This document shows, piece by piece, positions 45,415 through 54,908 of a stretch of DNA of 64,000 nt. The translations under genes and the position numbers were made by a program. The notes beneath the pieces are model-generated. The model searched no databases. It saw only the letters and a list, made by a program, of their open reading frames with translations, and had not been told where the DNA came from. The DNA comes from Solirubrobacterales bacterium (lineage in GTDB: Bacteria > Actinomycetota > Thermoleophilia > Solirubrobacterales > JACPNS01), in the NCBI GenBank assembly GCA_016185345.1, contig JACPNS010000005.1:34117-98116 (forward strand). The letters are read 5' to 3'. Numbering within the stretch: the stretch's first letter is position 1; every line of letters starts with the position of its first letter.

Positions 45415-47334
45415 ATGACACCCGAACTTTTCACCTCGATCCTTGCTGCAGCTGAAGCTGCCCCGCCAGCCGGAGGCGCCGCTCTCAAGGAAATAGTTAT
45501 CGCCACGCTTATGGGCGGCGTCGCCTTGGGTGGCGTCGTCCTTCTGGCCTTCGGCCACCGTGCCGGCAGGATCACCTGGCTCCAGACCGCCGGGGACTTT
45601 GCGGGCAAACAGCTGAGTCTTCCCGCTTGGGCCGCGCTTCCGCTTGTGGTCTTGACGACCTCCCTGATCGCCGCCGTATTCGGGCTCTACTGGGACGTCT
45701 CGCTGCATATCTCGAAGGGCCGCGACGAAGGCCCGCTTGCAAACCCCTCTCACTACTTCATCCTGGTCGGACTTCTGGGGTGCTTCTCGGCCGGAGTGCT
45801 GGCGATGACGATGCCCAAGCCCGGCACAAAGCCGAGCCCGTGGGCCGTCAAACTCGCCGAAGGCTGGTACGCGCCCGTCGGCGGCATTCTCATCGCGGTC
45901 TCCTCCGCGTTTGGCCTCGCTGGATTTCCGCTTGATGACTTCTGGCACCGCATGTTCGGGCAGGACGTCACGCTCTGGGGACCGACGCACCTGCTGATGC
46001 TGACCGGCGCGGGCCTTTGTCTGATCGGGGCGTCCGTACTCCTTGTCGAGGGCGGACTTGCCACCGATCGCAAACGCGGCGACCGCAAATTGACCACTCG
46101 CGAGAAGGCTGTTCGCACGGTCCGTCGGTCGGCCTCTGCCGGCGGATTGCTCGTAGCACTCGGCATTTACATGGGTGAGTTCGACTTTGGTATCGCCCAG
46201 TTCCAGCAGGTCTTCCACCCATTGATGGTGATGTTTGCCGCAGGCGTCGCGCTCACGTATGCACGATTGAGCATCGGCAGGGGCGGAGCAATTTTTGCCG
46301 TGCTGTTTTATCTCTTGGTCCGCGGTCTGCTCACGCTGATCGTCGCCGATGTTTTCGGGCGCCCGACCGCAAACTTCCCGATCTTCATCGGCAGCGCAGT
46401 CGCCGTTGAGCTTGCAGCTTTCGCTTTTGGCGCGAAGCTCTTCCAGAAACCAATGCAGTTTGCAATCGCCGCAGGGGCCGCGATCGGCACGCTCGGCCTT
46501 GCTACCGAGTGGGCTTGGAGCAATGTCTGGTCGGTCTACCCGTGGGGCAGCGCGCTGATGCCCGAGGGCCTGATCGTTGGACTCATCGCCGCTATCTGCG
46601 GCGCTTTCATCGGGGCCTGGATGGCGAACGCGTTGATGCTGCGACCGCGTCCAACCGGCGCTTTGCGCTTTGCCCCAGTCGCTTCCTTGCTGGTGCTGAT
46701 GGTGATGGTCGGTTACGGCCTCAACCAGTACTCACCCAAAGGCCTCGAGGCTCAGCTCACCAACACGGTGGCCACCCCGCCGCCGGGTGAATCCGGCAAG
46801 TGGGTGAACACCGTCGCCAAACTCAATACGACTTATTACGACACCGATCAGAAGTGGGCCAAGTCAATCGCCTGGCAGGGTCCGGGCTTCGTGGTCACCG
46901 ACTTGAAGCGGATCGGCCCCGGCACCTACGCGACCACCGCGCCAATCCCCGCAAACGGGAAATGGAAGTCGATGCTGCGCTTCCACAAGGGCTCGTCCCT
47001 GATGGGCGTCCCGGTTTTCGAGCCGCTCGACGAGGCGATCCCCGCTGCCGAAGTACCCGCGTCACCGCAGGTGACACGCCCACTTCAGCCCGACCGCGTA
47101 ATCCTTCAGCGCGAGGCGAAGTTTGATGGCGGCTGGCTTCCACTGCTCGGATATTTATTGGTCTTCGCCATCGCGATGCTGCTGCTCTGCCTGCTGGCCT
47201 GGGGGATTCAGCGCGTCAGCACGCCGCTCACCGAGCAACAAGGCGCGTCTGACGACAAGGCGGAGGACGCTAGCGAGACTCCGGCCGTTCGCAGCGGTTC
47301 CAACGGCCGGCCGTTGACTCCACGCGACGCCTGA
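45415..47334 (+). CDS. large polytopic membrane protein with extracytoplasmic domain, unknown function
   Basis: 639 aa. About 12 TM helices, then a ~170-aa soluble domain, then a final TM helix. Notable 'LYWDVSLH' and 'PLDDFWHRMFGQDVTLWGPTH' segments. Confidence 0.6.
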   Translation: MTPELFTSILAAAEAAPPAGGAALKEIVIATLMGGVALGGVVLLAFGHRAGRITWLQTAGDFAGKQLSLPAWAALPLVVLTTSLIAAVFGLYWDVSLHISKGRDEGPLANPSHYFILVGLLGCFSAGVLAMTMPKPGTKPSPWAVKLAEGWYAPVGGILIAVSSAFGLAGFPLDDFWHRMFGQDVTLWGPTHLLMLTGAGLCLIGASVLLVEGGLATDRKRGDRKLTTREKAVRTVRRSASAGGLLVALGIYMGEFDFGIAQFQQVFHPLMVMFAAGVALTYARLSIGRGGAIFAVLFYLLVRGLLTLIVADVFGRPTANFPIFIGSAVAVELAAFAFGAKLFQKPMQFAIAAGAAIGTLGLATEWAWSNVWSVYPWGSALMPEGLIVGLIAAICGAFIGAWMANALMLRPRPTGALRFAPVASLLVLMVMVGYGLNQYSPKGLEAQLTNTVATPPPGESGKWVNTVAKLNTTYYDTDQKWAKSIAWQGPGFVVTDLKRIGPGTYATTAPIPANGKWKSMLRFHKGSSLMGVPVFEPLDEAIPAAEVPASPQVTRPLQPDRVILQREAKFDGGWLPLLGYLLVFAIAMLLLCLLAWGIQRVSTPLTEQQGASDDKAEDASETPAVRSGSNGRPLTPRDA

Positions 47335-47452
47335 CATAACTCACGTATTGACCGGTGCGCCCGCCTCGTCCGGGCCGATATATCGAGCACGAGTCAATAG
47401 CTGACGTCGGGGACACGCCTGATCTGTCAGCGCAATTTTTGAAAAGGAAATA

Positions 47453-48606
47453 ATGGATTTTCAAACCATGACCTCGCCGTTTGGCGGGGCTGCTGCTCGG
47501 CCCGCGGCTCCAGCGCAGCCTCAGACCTGTACACCATTGATCCAGCTACCGGTGCCTCGACCTCGATCGGCACGATCGGCATGGCAGTCACGGGGATGGC
47601 CTACCAAGCTTCGACCGGCACGCTCTACGGAGTCACGACACCGAACAGCCCTGTCAACCCGAGGAACTTGATCACGATCGACACAGCGACCGGCACGCCA
47701 ACCGTGATCGGTCCGCTGCTCAACTCATCCGCAGGGGCTGAAACGATCGCCGAGATCGAGTTCGACGGCTCGGGCGCGCTCTGGGGCTGGAGCGAATCCG
47801 GCGACCAGCTCGTTCAAGTAGACACCGCCACCGGCGGAGTGACTGAATTCCCGAACGTCATCGGCACGGCCGGAGACGGAATGGCGTGGATCCTCGGTAG
47901 TGACACGCTTTGGTTCATGCCCAATGACTCGGATGGCAATTACTACTCGATCGACCGCAGCACAGGAAACGTCACAAGTATCGGCACCCTGAACGGATCC
48001 GGAGCAACAGTTGCGGCCGCCACGCAGTCCTGCGATGGGCTCACCACCTACGCATTGGAGATGGGTGCGCCGTCGACGCTCGTCACCGTTGATTACGCCA
48101 CGGGCGTGGTTGCCACCGTCGGCGCGACCAGTATGACCAACGGGGACGCGCTCACATGGGCATGCGGTGCCGCAGCGCCGCCAGCTCCGGCAGCGCCAGC
48201 CACCACTCCACCGGCTCCGACTGTTACCCCGTTGCCACCGAAGATCTACTCGCTCGGCAACCGCGCGATGGCGTACTGCGCAATCAAAACGGGCAACTGC
48301 CGTGTCGGATTCAGGTTCAGCGTCAGTCAGGCCTCAAAAGTGACTCTCCGAATCACGCGCCTCTACGGACGCCGCCAGCCCGCAGAGTGCAAAACAGTGA
48401 ACACTGAGAACCGCTCAAACACCGTCTGCAAGATCGGCAGACCCACCTACACCCGAACCGTGTCCGCGACGAAGGGGAGCAACAACTACACGTTCCGCCT
48501 ACCGAGCACGGCGACCCGCGGCCACTACACGGTCACGGCGCGGGCCGTGAACAACAACGGCAGGTCGTCGCTCAAGACGCACGACTTCTCGGTCCCTTGG
48601 GGCTGA
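47453..48606 (+). pseudogene. LVIVD-like repeat (beta-propeller type) protein gene with a disrupted 5' end
   Basis: The track ORF 47581-48606 starts inside a repeat series of type 'xL..[IV]D.[AS]TG..T.[IV]G'. The first repeat unit ('DLYTIDPATGASTSIGTIG') is encoded upstream (47524-47580) in the same frame. That frame has no ATG, GTG or TTG back to the stop at 47440. A Shine-Dalgarno-preceded ATG at 47453 lies in a different frame. Confidence 0.55.
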
Positions 48607-49038
48607 TCAGCGCCCGGCCGTTGACTCCGCGCGACGCTTGAGCGCGGAGTTGAAACTGGCGTGAACCCGGTCGGGCAGCTTATGAAAGGGCCCGACCGGT
48701 TTGAACAGGCCGGTGAAGACTTCGTGGTGGCGCAGCACTGTTGTTGACTCATCAAGCTGCTCGATGATGAAGCGGTGGTCGGCGATGAACGCGCCGGGCA
48801 CGCCGCCCTTCCAGCGCAGTTCCACATTCGGCTCGACGGTAAGGAGAGTCGGGAAGAACGGCACGGTCGCGGGACCAAGCCCAAGCTTGCCCTTCAGCTT
48901 CGCGCCCTCTTTGAGCTCGCCGACCATCCCGGGTGTCATCGGATTCCAGGCCGGGAACTCGGCGAAGTCGGTGATGACCTGCCAGACGCGCTCGGGGCTG
49001 GCCGTGATTTCGACGAACTGGCTGTTGGCGACGCTCAT
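48607..49038 (-). CDS. SRPBCC-superfamily (polyketide cyclase/dehydrase-like) protein
   Basis: 143 aa. 'ITASPERVWQVITDFAEFPAWNP' is typical of the family. Confidence 0.75.
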   Translation of the reverse strand: MSVANSQFVEITASPERVWQVITDFAEFPAWNPMTPGMVGELKEGAKLKGKLGLGPATVPFFPTLLTVEPNVELRWKGGVPGAFIADHRFIIEQLDESTTVLRHHEVFTGLFKPVGPFHKLPDRVHASFNSALKRRAESTAGR

Positions 49039-49078
49039 GCCAGCGGAAGGGTATCTCCGACCCTTCTAGGATCATCCC

Positions 49079-49150
49079 GGGTCCTTAGCTCAACAGGTAG
49101 AGCATCAGGCTTTTAACCTGACGGACAGGGTTCGAGTCCCTGAGGACCCA
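49079..49150 (+). tRNA. tRNA-Lys (anticodon TTT)
   Basis: Acceptor GGGTCCT/AGGACCC. Anticodon arm TCAGG-CTTTTAA-CCTGA. T-arm CAGGG-TTCGAGT-CCCTG. No encoded CCA. Confidence 0.93.
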
Positions 49151-49296
49151 CTTCACTTCAGGACGCCCCTCCTTTCACTCCATCTGGTGGGTGCCGAGTT
49201 CAGGTCGGAGAGCGGAGGGTGCGACCTCCAGCGGCTCTCTGGAAACTCTCAGCTTTCCCTCAGCCCCCGCTGACGCCCAAGGGCTTTGATCACCCC

Positions 49297-50733
49297 ATGA
49301 TCAACTTCCCTTACCTCAAGGCCGAGCTCGCGCGACGCCGAACAAAAACGATTCTGATTTCGATCGGGCTTGCTGTGCCGATCGCGCTCACGATCATGAT
49401 CGGGGCCTACTCGACTGGACTCTCGAATGCACAGGACGAAGTGCTCGAGCCTCTGGTCGGACTCGGCACCGACATGACCGTGGCCAAAACCTTCACGCCG
49501 GGTCAGAGACCTGACGGCGCCGGTCCGCCGCGGATCGGCCTCGACAGTTCGTCGGCCGGCGAGTCCTTCTCGCGTGACGTCTATACGACCGGCTTCAATG
49601 GCGAATTCTCGAGCGCGAACGTGACCAACGTCTCCAAGCTCGACGGGGTCAAAAGCGTCGTCGGCGGATTGACCGTCAACAACATCAAGGCCTCGGGGAC
49701 GGTCCCGTCGGCCGGCTCCGCTCAAACTCCAGGACAGGGCGATCATGCCGAAGGCGGCACCACGGGCCGAGGCGGCGGCTTCAACATCGACAGCCGCACG
49801 ATCACGGGCATCGATCCGTCAAGCGACCTTGGTCCAGTCTCCAGCGACCAGCTCCAGAAGGGCACGCTGCTCGGCAGCGGCGACGCCAAAGAGGCGCTGC
49901 TCACAGCCACATACGCCAAGACCAAGTCCCTGACAGTCGGCGAGACGATCACGCTGGATAACACGAAGTTCAAGATCGTCGGGATCGTGTCGGCTCCCCT
50001 CGCAGGATCAAGCTCCGACATCTACGTCAAGCTCGACCAGCTCCAAGGCCTCGCGGACCTCAAGAATAAGGTCAACAAGATCTACGTTCGCGCGACCGAC
50101 CAGGGTGCCGTCGCAACCGTCAGCAAGGAAATCAAGTCGGAGGTCAACAACGCGACCGTCACTACCAATGCCAGCCTCGCCGGCCAGGTCAGCGGCTCAC
50201 TTGTGGACGCCAACAAGTTGGTCCAGAAGATGGGCGTTTTCCTGAAGCTGATACTTCTGCTCGCGGCGATCATCATCACGACGATTCTCACGCTCAACGC
50301 GGTCAACAAGCGCACGCGTGAGTTCGGGACACTCAAGTCGATCGGCTGGAGCAACGCGCGGTTGATCCGTCAAGTCATGGCCGAGTCACTCTCGACTGGG
50401 TTGATCGGCGCGGCTGCCGGTGTGCTGATCGGCGCCGCAGGCATGCTGATCGCGAAGGCCGTCCCGATGACCATGAAAATCAGCGGACAGGCCACTGGCG
50501 GCGGAAACGGACCGCCCGGTGGTGACGAAAACATGACCGGCGGACCGCCCGGCATGGCCAGCGCAGCGTCAAACGCCGTAAGCCAGACAATCACCGTTGT
50601 CCCATCGATCAGCGTCACAACGATCCTGATCGCAGCCGGAATAGGCGCAACGACTGCGCTCGTCGCAGGCGGACTCGGATCCTTCAAGACATCAAAACTC
50701 AGCCCAGTGGAGGCGCTCAAGCATGTCGACTGA
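49297..50733 (+). CDS. ABC transporter permease, FtsX/MacB type
   Basis: Trimmed to 'MINFPYLKAELARRRTKTILISIGL'. One N-terminal TM helix, a large periplasmic domain, and a C-terminal FtsX-like TM bundle. Confidence 0.85.
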   Translation: MINFPYLKAELARRRTKTILISIGLAVPIALTIMIGAYSTGLSNAQDEVLEPLVGLGTDMTVAKTFTPGQRPDGAGPPRIGLDSSSAGESFSRDVYTTGFNGEFSSANVTNVSKLDGVKSVVGGLTVNNIKASGTVPSAGSAQTPGQGDHAEGGTTGRGGGFNIDSRTITGIDPSSDLGPVSSDQLQKGTLLGSGDAKEALLTATYAKTKSLTVGETITLDNTKFKIVGIVSAPLAGSSSDIYVKLDQLQGLADLKNKVNKIYVRATDQGAVATVSKEIKSEVNNATVTTNASLAGQVSGSLVDANKLVQKMGVFLKLILLLAAIIITTILTLNAVNKRTREFGTLKSIGWSNARLIRQVMAESLSTGLIGAAAGVLIGAAGMLIAKAVPMTMKISGQATGGGNGPPGGDENMTGGPPGMASAASNAVSQTITVVPSISVTTILIAAGIGATTALVAGGLGSFKTSKLSPVEALKHVD

Positions 50734-51448
50734 AACTCTCAACCAATCAGCCGTTACGGCCCCCCAGGCCACCGGCAACGCCTACGAACTGCTGGCGGTA
50801 GGTCGCACCTACGCGACCGAGGCCGGCGGGATCGATGCGGTCAAGAACATCGACCTTGTGATCGGGCGCGGTGAGTATGTCGTGATCGAGGGACCGTCGG
50901 GTTCCGGAAAGAGCACTCTGCTCCAACTGATGGGCATGCTCGACCAGCCCACGAAGGGCCGCATCAAGTGCGGCGGCTCGGAAGTCTCCGAACTCTCCGA
51001 ATCGGAGCTCGCCGAAATGCGCCTGAACAAAGTCGGGTTCATCTTCCAGCAGTTCAACCTGATCCCCACGCTGACGGCGGCGCAGAACGTCGAGATCGCG
51101 ATGTTCCCAACGGCGCTCACCAAGAGCGAAGCAAAGCAGCGGGCAATCAACCTGCTCGACCAGGTTGGGCTGGCCGACCGCGCCGACCACCACCCAAGTC
51201 AGCTTTCAGGTGGTGAGCAACAGCGCGTGGCAATCGCCCGCGCCCTCGCCAATGAACCCGAGATCCTGCTCGCAGACGAGCCGACCGGCAATCTCGACAC
51301 CGCGACCAGTAGCGAGATCCTCGAGGTCGTTCGGGGACTCTGGGCGGAGGGCTTGACCGTAATAGTGATCACGCACGATCACTCGATCGCCGAAGCGGCG
51401 CCGCGCACGTTCACCATGCGCGACGGGGAGATGGTGACCGTGCCGTGA
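50723..51448 (+). CDS. ABC transporter ATP-binding protein (MacB/LolD-like)
   Basis: Walker A 'GPSGSGKST', signature '[15 protein letters not shown]', Walker B '[11 protein letters not shown]'. Overlaps the permease gene by 11 nt. Confidence 0.95.
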   Translation: MSTETLNQSAVTAPQATGNAYELLAVGRTYATEAGGIDAVKNIDLVIGRGEYVVIEGPSGSGKSTLLQLMGMLDQPTKGRIKCGGSEVSELSESELAEMRLNKVGFIFQQFNLIPTLTAAQNVEIAMFPTALTKSEAKQRAINLLDQVGLADRADHHPSQLSGGEQQRVAIARALANEPEILLADEPTGNLDTATSSEILEVVRGLWAEGLTVIVITHDHSIAEAAPRTFTMRDGEMVTVP

Positions 51449-51821
51449 GACGATCAACCGAACAACTCGCTGTCGAGCTCGCCGCGACGCTGGGCACTTC
51501 ATGGTGATCTCGCAATCCCTTCCGGCCCGCATTCCCAAGCGCGCCTGATCAACGAGTCTCGTAACGGGGGTGCCCACTGGCGACAGAACTCTCAGTGAAT
51601 TCTCAGGAAACGTACAAGCACGCTTAATCCGAGCGCGCTTATATGTACTGGTAAGCACTGCGGATCCGGTCTGCCTCCTTGAGCGAGCGAGGCCTACCGC
51701 GGCGATCAACCTTTGAGCGAGGGGCGATCGCGGCAGACTGCGGTGTTCAGGCGGTTTCGGCACAAGAGGTTTCCCCCTCCCAGCCGGAGCCGCCTTTTCC
51801 TTTTGCGGACTTGACTTTCGG

Positions 51822-52016
51822 CTAGCGGCTAGCGGTTTCGCGGCGCAGGCCCTCGCGGTACGAGCGAGCCTGAATCGCGAGTGCCACAAGGTCTGGATCG
51901 CGGGCGGCGCGGCGGTACTCGTCGGAGTCGATGAAACTCGCGGGACGGTCGCTCGGCCGCTCAGTCGCCGACGGTGAAACCGGCTTCTGCTGCTCGATTG
52001 GAAGACGCCAATCCAT
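51822..52016 (-). CDS. possible small protein (64 aa), unassigned
   Basis: ORF with moderately G/C-rich third codon positions but no clear RBS. Lies downstream of the DoxX gene. Confidence 0.25.
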   Translation of the reverse strand: MDWRLPIEQQKPVSPSATERPSDRPASFIDSDEYRRAARDPDLVALAIQARSYREGLRRETASR

Positions 52017-52057
52017 ACAAATTGTGTCGGCGTCCTACGGGATTACTTGAGTACGGA

Positions 52058-52438
52058 CTATTCGGGAGAACGCTGCTGCGTGCCGCGCCGGACAAGCACG
52101 ATCGCCGCGAACTGCAAAGGCAGCCGCGCCCACAGCGCCCAGGCCGGGAACTGCTTGAAGCGATCGGGGTTCAGCGCCATGTTGATGTTCGCCGGGAAGA
52201 CGGCGATCAACAGTGCGATCAGACCTTGGCCAGCAAGCTTGCGAGTCCCGGGAATCAAAACGCCGACGGCGCCAGTGATCTCCGCGACGCCTGAGATCTG
52301 CACGAGCGCCTTTGGGTTGGGCAAGCTCTTGGGGACAATTGCTGTGTAGAACTTCTCGTGGGTGAAGTGCATGATCCCCGACCCGAGAAAGAGCAGCGCA
52401 GTGCCGAGGCGTGCCGCGGATGTGGGGTCCTTTGACAT
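52058..52438 (-). CDS. DoxX-family membrane protein
   Basis: 126 aa with 4 TM helices. 'LLFLGSGIMHF' and 'GVAEITGAVGVLIP' segments. Confidence 0.7.
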   Translation of the reverse strand: MSKDPTSAARLGTALLFLGSGIMHFTHEKFYTAIVPKSLPNPKALVQISGVAEITGAVGVLIPGTRKLAGQGLIALLIAVFPANINMALNPDRFKQFPAWALWARLPLQFAAIVLVRRGTQQRSPE

Positions 52439-52479
52439 CGGCGCGAAGCCTATCCGCTGGTAATCTGCCTGCGATTCAC

Positions 52480-52551
52480 GGCCCGATCGTCTAATGGTTA
52501 GGACGTCGGCTTTTCAAGCCGAAAACCGGGGTTCGACTCCCCGTCGGGCTA
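52480..52551 (+). tRNA. tRNA-Glu (anticodon TTC)
   Basis: Acceptor GGCCCGA/TCGGGCT (G1-U72 wobble). Anticodon arm TCGGC-TTTTCAA-GCCGA. T-arm CGGGG-TTCGACT-CCCCG. Confidence 0.9.
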
Positions 52552-52564
52552 TTGGATCAGGACC

Positions 52565-52599
52565 GAGAAAAGGCGCCCTCCCAGGGGGCGCCCTTTCTC
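52565..52599. terminator. bidirectional terminator hairpin between tRNA-Glu and the TetR gene
   Basis: GAGAAAAGGCGCCC-TCCCAGG-GGGCGCCCTTTCTC. 14-bp stem with one mismatch. T-rich flanks on both strands. Confidence 0.7.
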
Positions 52600-52705
52600 G
52601 TACTGAATTCGACTCGGGGGGAGTCGCGCGGGCTGCTCGGGTGTCCGCGCGTCCGATGTCTGAAGTGAGATTTCAATGCCCGGCCAGTCGGGCCTGCGCA
52701 GCGCC

Positions 52706-53332
52706 TCAACGTGCCAGCGAACTTGCAGGCGAGACGATCCGCCAGACGGCCTCGGTGAGGCCTTCTGCCGCGCGGCGGGCCTGCGCGTCTGTCGCTTCGC
52801 GACCCACCATCTGGTGCAGCGCGCGCTCGCCGGTCCAGGCGAGGATTTCGGAGAGGGTAAGCACCATCGGCTCATCAAGTTCGGGGCGGCGTTCTCTGAG
52901 CGCGGGCGCGACCGAGGCGGCAACCGCCTGAACGACCGCCTGCCAGGTCTCGCGCGAGTCGGCATCGTACTCGGCCATCTCGATCAGGCTCGAGAGCACG
53001 CCGGCGTGGCTGCGCCACAGCTCAACCAGCTCGGCGAAGGTTCCTGCGAGCTCGTCGCGGCCGGCTATCGGATCTGCCAGGAATCCGGCGGCGACACGCT
53101 GGAACGCGAACAGCTCGGTCTCTCCCAGCCGTTGGACAAGCTGCCGCTTGTCGGCGAAGTGCAAGTAGAAGGTCGCGCGCGAGACCCCGGACGCCTTGAC
53201 GATCCGGTTTACGCTCAGGCCAGCGAGCGAAGCCCCGGCGTCGAGCAGTTCGATCGTCCCGTCAAGGATGCGCTGCTCGGTTTCGGCGCGGCGCAGGCGA
53301 CGGTCGACCTTTCCTCCGGACAAGTCGTTCAT
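52706..53332 (-). CDS. TetR-family transcriptional regulator
   Basis: 208 aa. N-terminal HTH 'VNRIVKASGVSRATFYLHFADK'. The start overlaps the P450 stop by 4 nt. Confidence 0.88.
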   Translation of the reverse strand: MNDLSGGKVDRRLRRAETEQRILDGTIELLDAGASLAGLSVNRIVKASGVSRATFYLHFADKRQLVQRLGETELFAFQRVAAGFLADPIAGRDELAGTFAELVELWRSHAGVLSSLIEMAEYDADSRETWQAVVQAVAASVAPALRERRPELDEPMVLTLSEILAWTGERALHQMVGREATDAQARRAAEGLTEAVWRIVSPASSLAR

Positions 53333-54573
53333 CGGGTCTCGGGAGTAAAGCGCACCGGGATCGATTTGTGCTGGTTGAGAAACAGCGACTGGGCGCGCAC
53401 CGGCTCGCCGGCCAGCTGCATGTCGGGCAGGCGCAGGAGCGTCTGCTCGAGCATCACCTTCAGCTCCAGCCGGGCCAGCGCCGCGCCTAGGCAGAAATGC
53501 CTGCCCCCGGCTCCGAACGCCTGATGCTGAACGCGCGAGCGGGAGACGTCGAACTTTTCGGCATCCTCAAACACGCTCTCGTCGCGGTTGCCCGAGATGT
53601 ACCAGAGCGCGAGCTTGTCGCCCTCCTTGATCTGCTGGCCGTGGAGCACCGTGTCTTTGGTTGCCGTGCGGCGCATGTAGCTGAATGCCGGGAAGCAGCG
53701 CAGGCACTCCTCGACTGCGTCTTCGATCCGCTCCGGCTCGTCGCGCAGTAGCTGGCGCTGGTCGGGATTCTGCATCAGCGCGAGCATGCTCTGGCCGTAG
53801 ACGGCACGGGTGCTGTCATTGCCCGCCGCCATGAGCAGGCCGAACGTGGCGACCATTTCGGCGTCGGTCAGGTGGTCGCCGTCTACTTCCGCGGCCGCGA
53901 GCGCCGAGGTCAGATCGTCTGTCGGGTTCTCGCGACGATCGGCGATCAGGGGCAGCACGTACTCAAACGCCTGAGCAACCACGGCCGTGACTTCGTCGAA
54001 CTGCGGTCGATAGTCCGGGTCCTCGTAGCCGAGGATGATGTTCGACCAGTCGACGAGCTGGACGTCGTCCGACTCGGGCGTGCCGAGCAGCGAGCCGATC
54101 ACGCGCGCCGTGACGTGCGCGCCCACGTCTTTCACCAGATCGCACTCGCCACGCCTGGCGACTCCGTCGATCGCGTGGTCGGTGATCGCGCGAATGACCT
54201 CGGTGTGCGCAGCTATCCGACGCGGCGTGAAGGCCTGCTGGAAGAGCGCCTTCATGCGGTCGTGCTTGGGCGGGTCCATCGCGATCGGCTGCATGCGCAT
54301 GAGGTCAAGCGGCACGCCGATGTCGTCGAGCAGCATGATCCCGCCGCGCTCAGACGAGAAGGTCTCGAAGTCCATGCTGACCGTGCGTAGGTCCTCGTGG
54401 CGGACGACAGACCAGAAGCCGGCCTCCTCGGGGAACTGCGAGATCTGTGAGAAGTGCATCGGGCGTTCAGCGCGCAGCTGGGCGAAGACTTCGTAAGGCG
54501 GATCTTTGCGCCAGAGGGCGTGATCGCTGAGGTCGATTGAGGAGAGGTCTGGCACGGTGGCAGTCGTATTCAT
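53329..54573 (-). CDS. cytochrome P450
   Basis: 414 aa. Heme-binding loop 'FGAGGRHFCLGAALAR', 'AGNDST' I-helix and an ExxR motif. Confidence 0.95.
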   Translation of the reverse strand: MNTTATVPDLSSIDLSDHALWRKDPPYEVFAQLRAERPMHFSQISQFPEEAGFWSVVRHEDLRTVSMDFETFSSERGGIMLLDDIGVPLDLMRMQPIAMDPPKHDRMKALFQQAFTPRRIAAHTEVIRAITDHAIDGVARRGECDLVKDVGAHVTARVIGSLLGTPESDDVQLVDWSNIILGYEDPDYRPQFDEVTAVVAQAFEYVLPLIADRRENPTDDLTSALAAAEVDGDHLTDAEMVATFGLLMAAGNDSTRAVYGQSMLALMQNPDQRQLLRDEPERIEDAVEECLRCFPAFSYMRRTATKDTVLHGQQIKEGDKLALWYISGNRDESVFEDAEKFDVSRSRVQHQAFGAGGRHFCLGAALARLELKVMLEQTLLRLPDMQLAGEPVRAQSLFLNQHKSIPVRFTPETR

Positions 54574-54594
54574 GTCGCCACCATACCAGATAGA

Positions 54595-54609
54595 TAGACA
54601 GTCTGTCTA
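54595..54609. promoter_or_regulatory. perfect palindrome TAGACAG-T-CTGTCTA, candidate TetR operator upstream of the P450 gene
   Basis: Lies 22 nt upstream of the P450 start. Extends to a 25-bp near-palindrome (ATAGATAGACAGTCTGTCTACCTAT). Confidence 0.65.
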
Positions 54610-54697
54610 CCTATATTCGCCGCGGCGGGCGGTGTCGTGCGGTCGATCCGGACCGACGCCTCGCGGCGGACCCTGGGCACCCACTCAAGCCAACGCG

Positions 54698-54908
54698 GCG
54701 TTCGGGGTCTTCGCCGAACTGCATCATCATTTGAGAACCCGCTCTCTCGTGCCTCGCGAATACGCGAGAGGATGAACACGTGGTAGTCCATCGACAGCCC
54801 GAAGAGCACGACAAACCGGAACAGCGGTAGGAACGGGATGATCGCGCCGTTGGGCGTGAAGCCGAGGAGTTCGTGGCCCCAACCGCGCTGGAAAATCGTC
54901 AAATACGG
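54698..54908 (-). pseudogene. remnant of an MMPL/RND-family transporter gene (C-terminal TM segment only)
   Basis: 'YLTIFQRGWGHELLGFTPNGAIIPFLPLFRFVVLFGLSMDYHVFILSRIRE' matches the conserved MMPL TM11-12 region. Compare 'FFFAMMFAISMDYTVFLLSSAKE' in the intact neighbouring gene. No upstream or downstream continuation exists in frame. Confidence 0.65.

Noticed and set aside
51206-51889. 227-aa minus-strand ORF spanning the end of the ABC ATPase gene and the following gap.
   Set aside because: It overlaps the ABC ATPase gene in antisense. Its composition is Arg/Ser/Pro-rich, with no motifs and no RBS.
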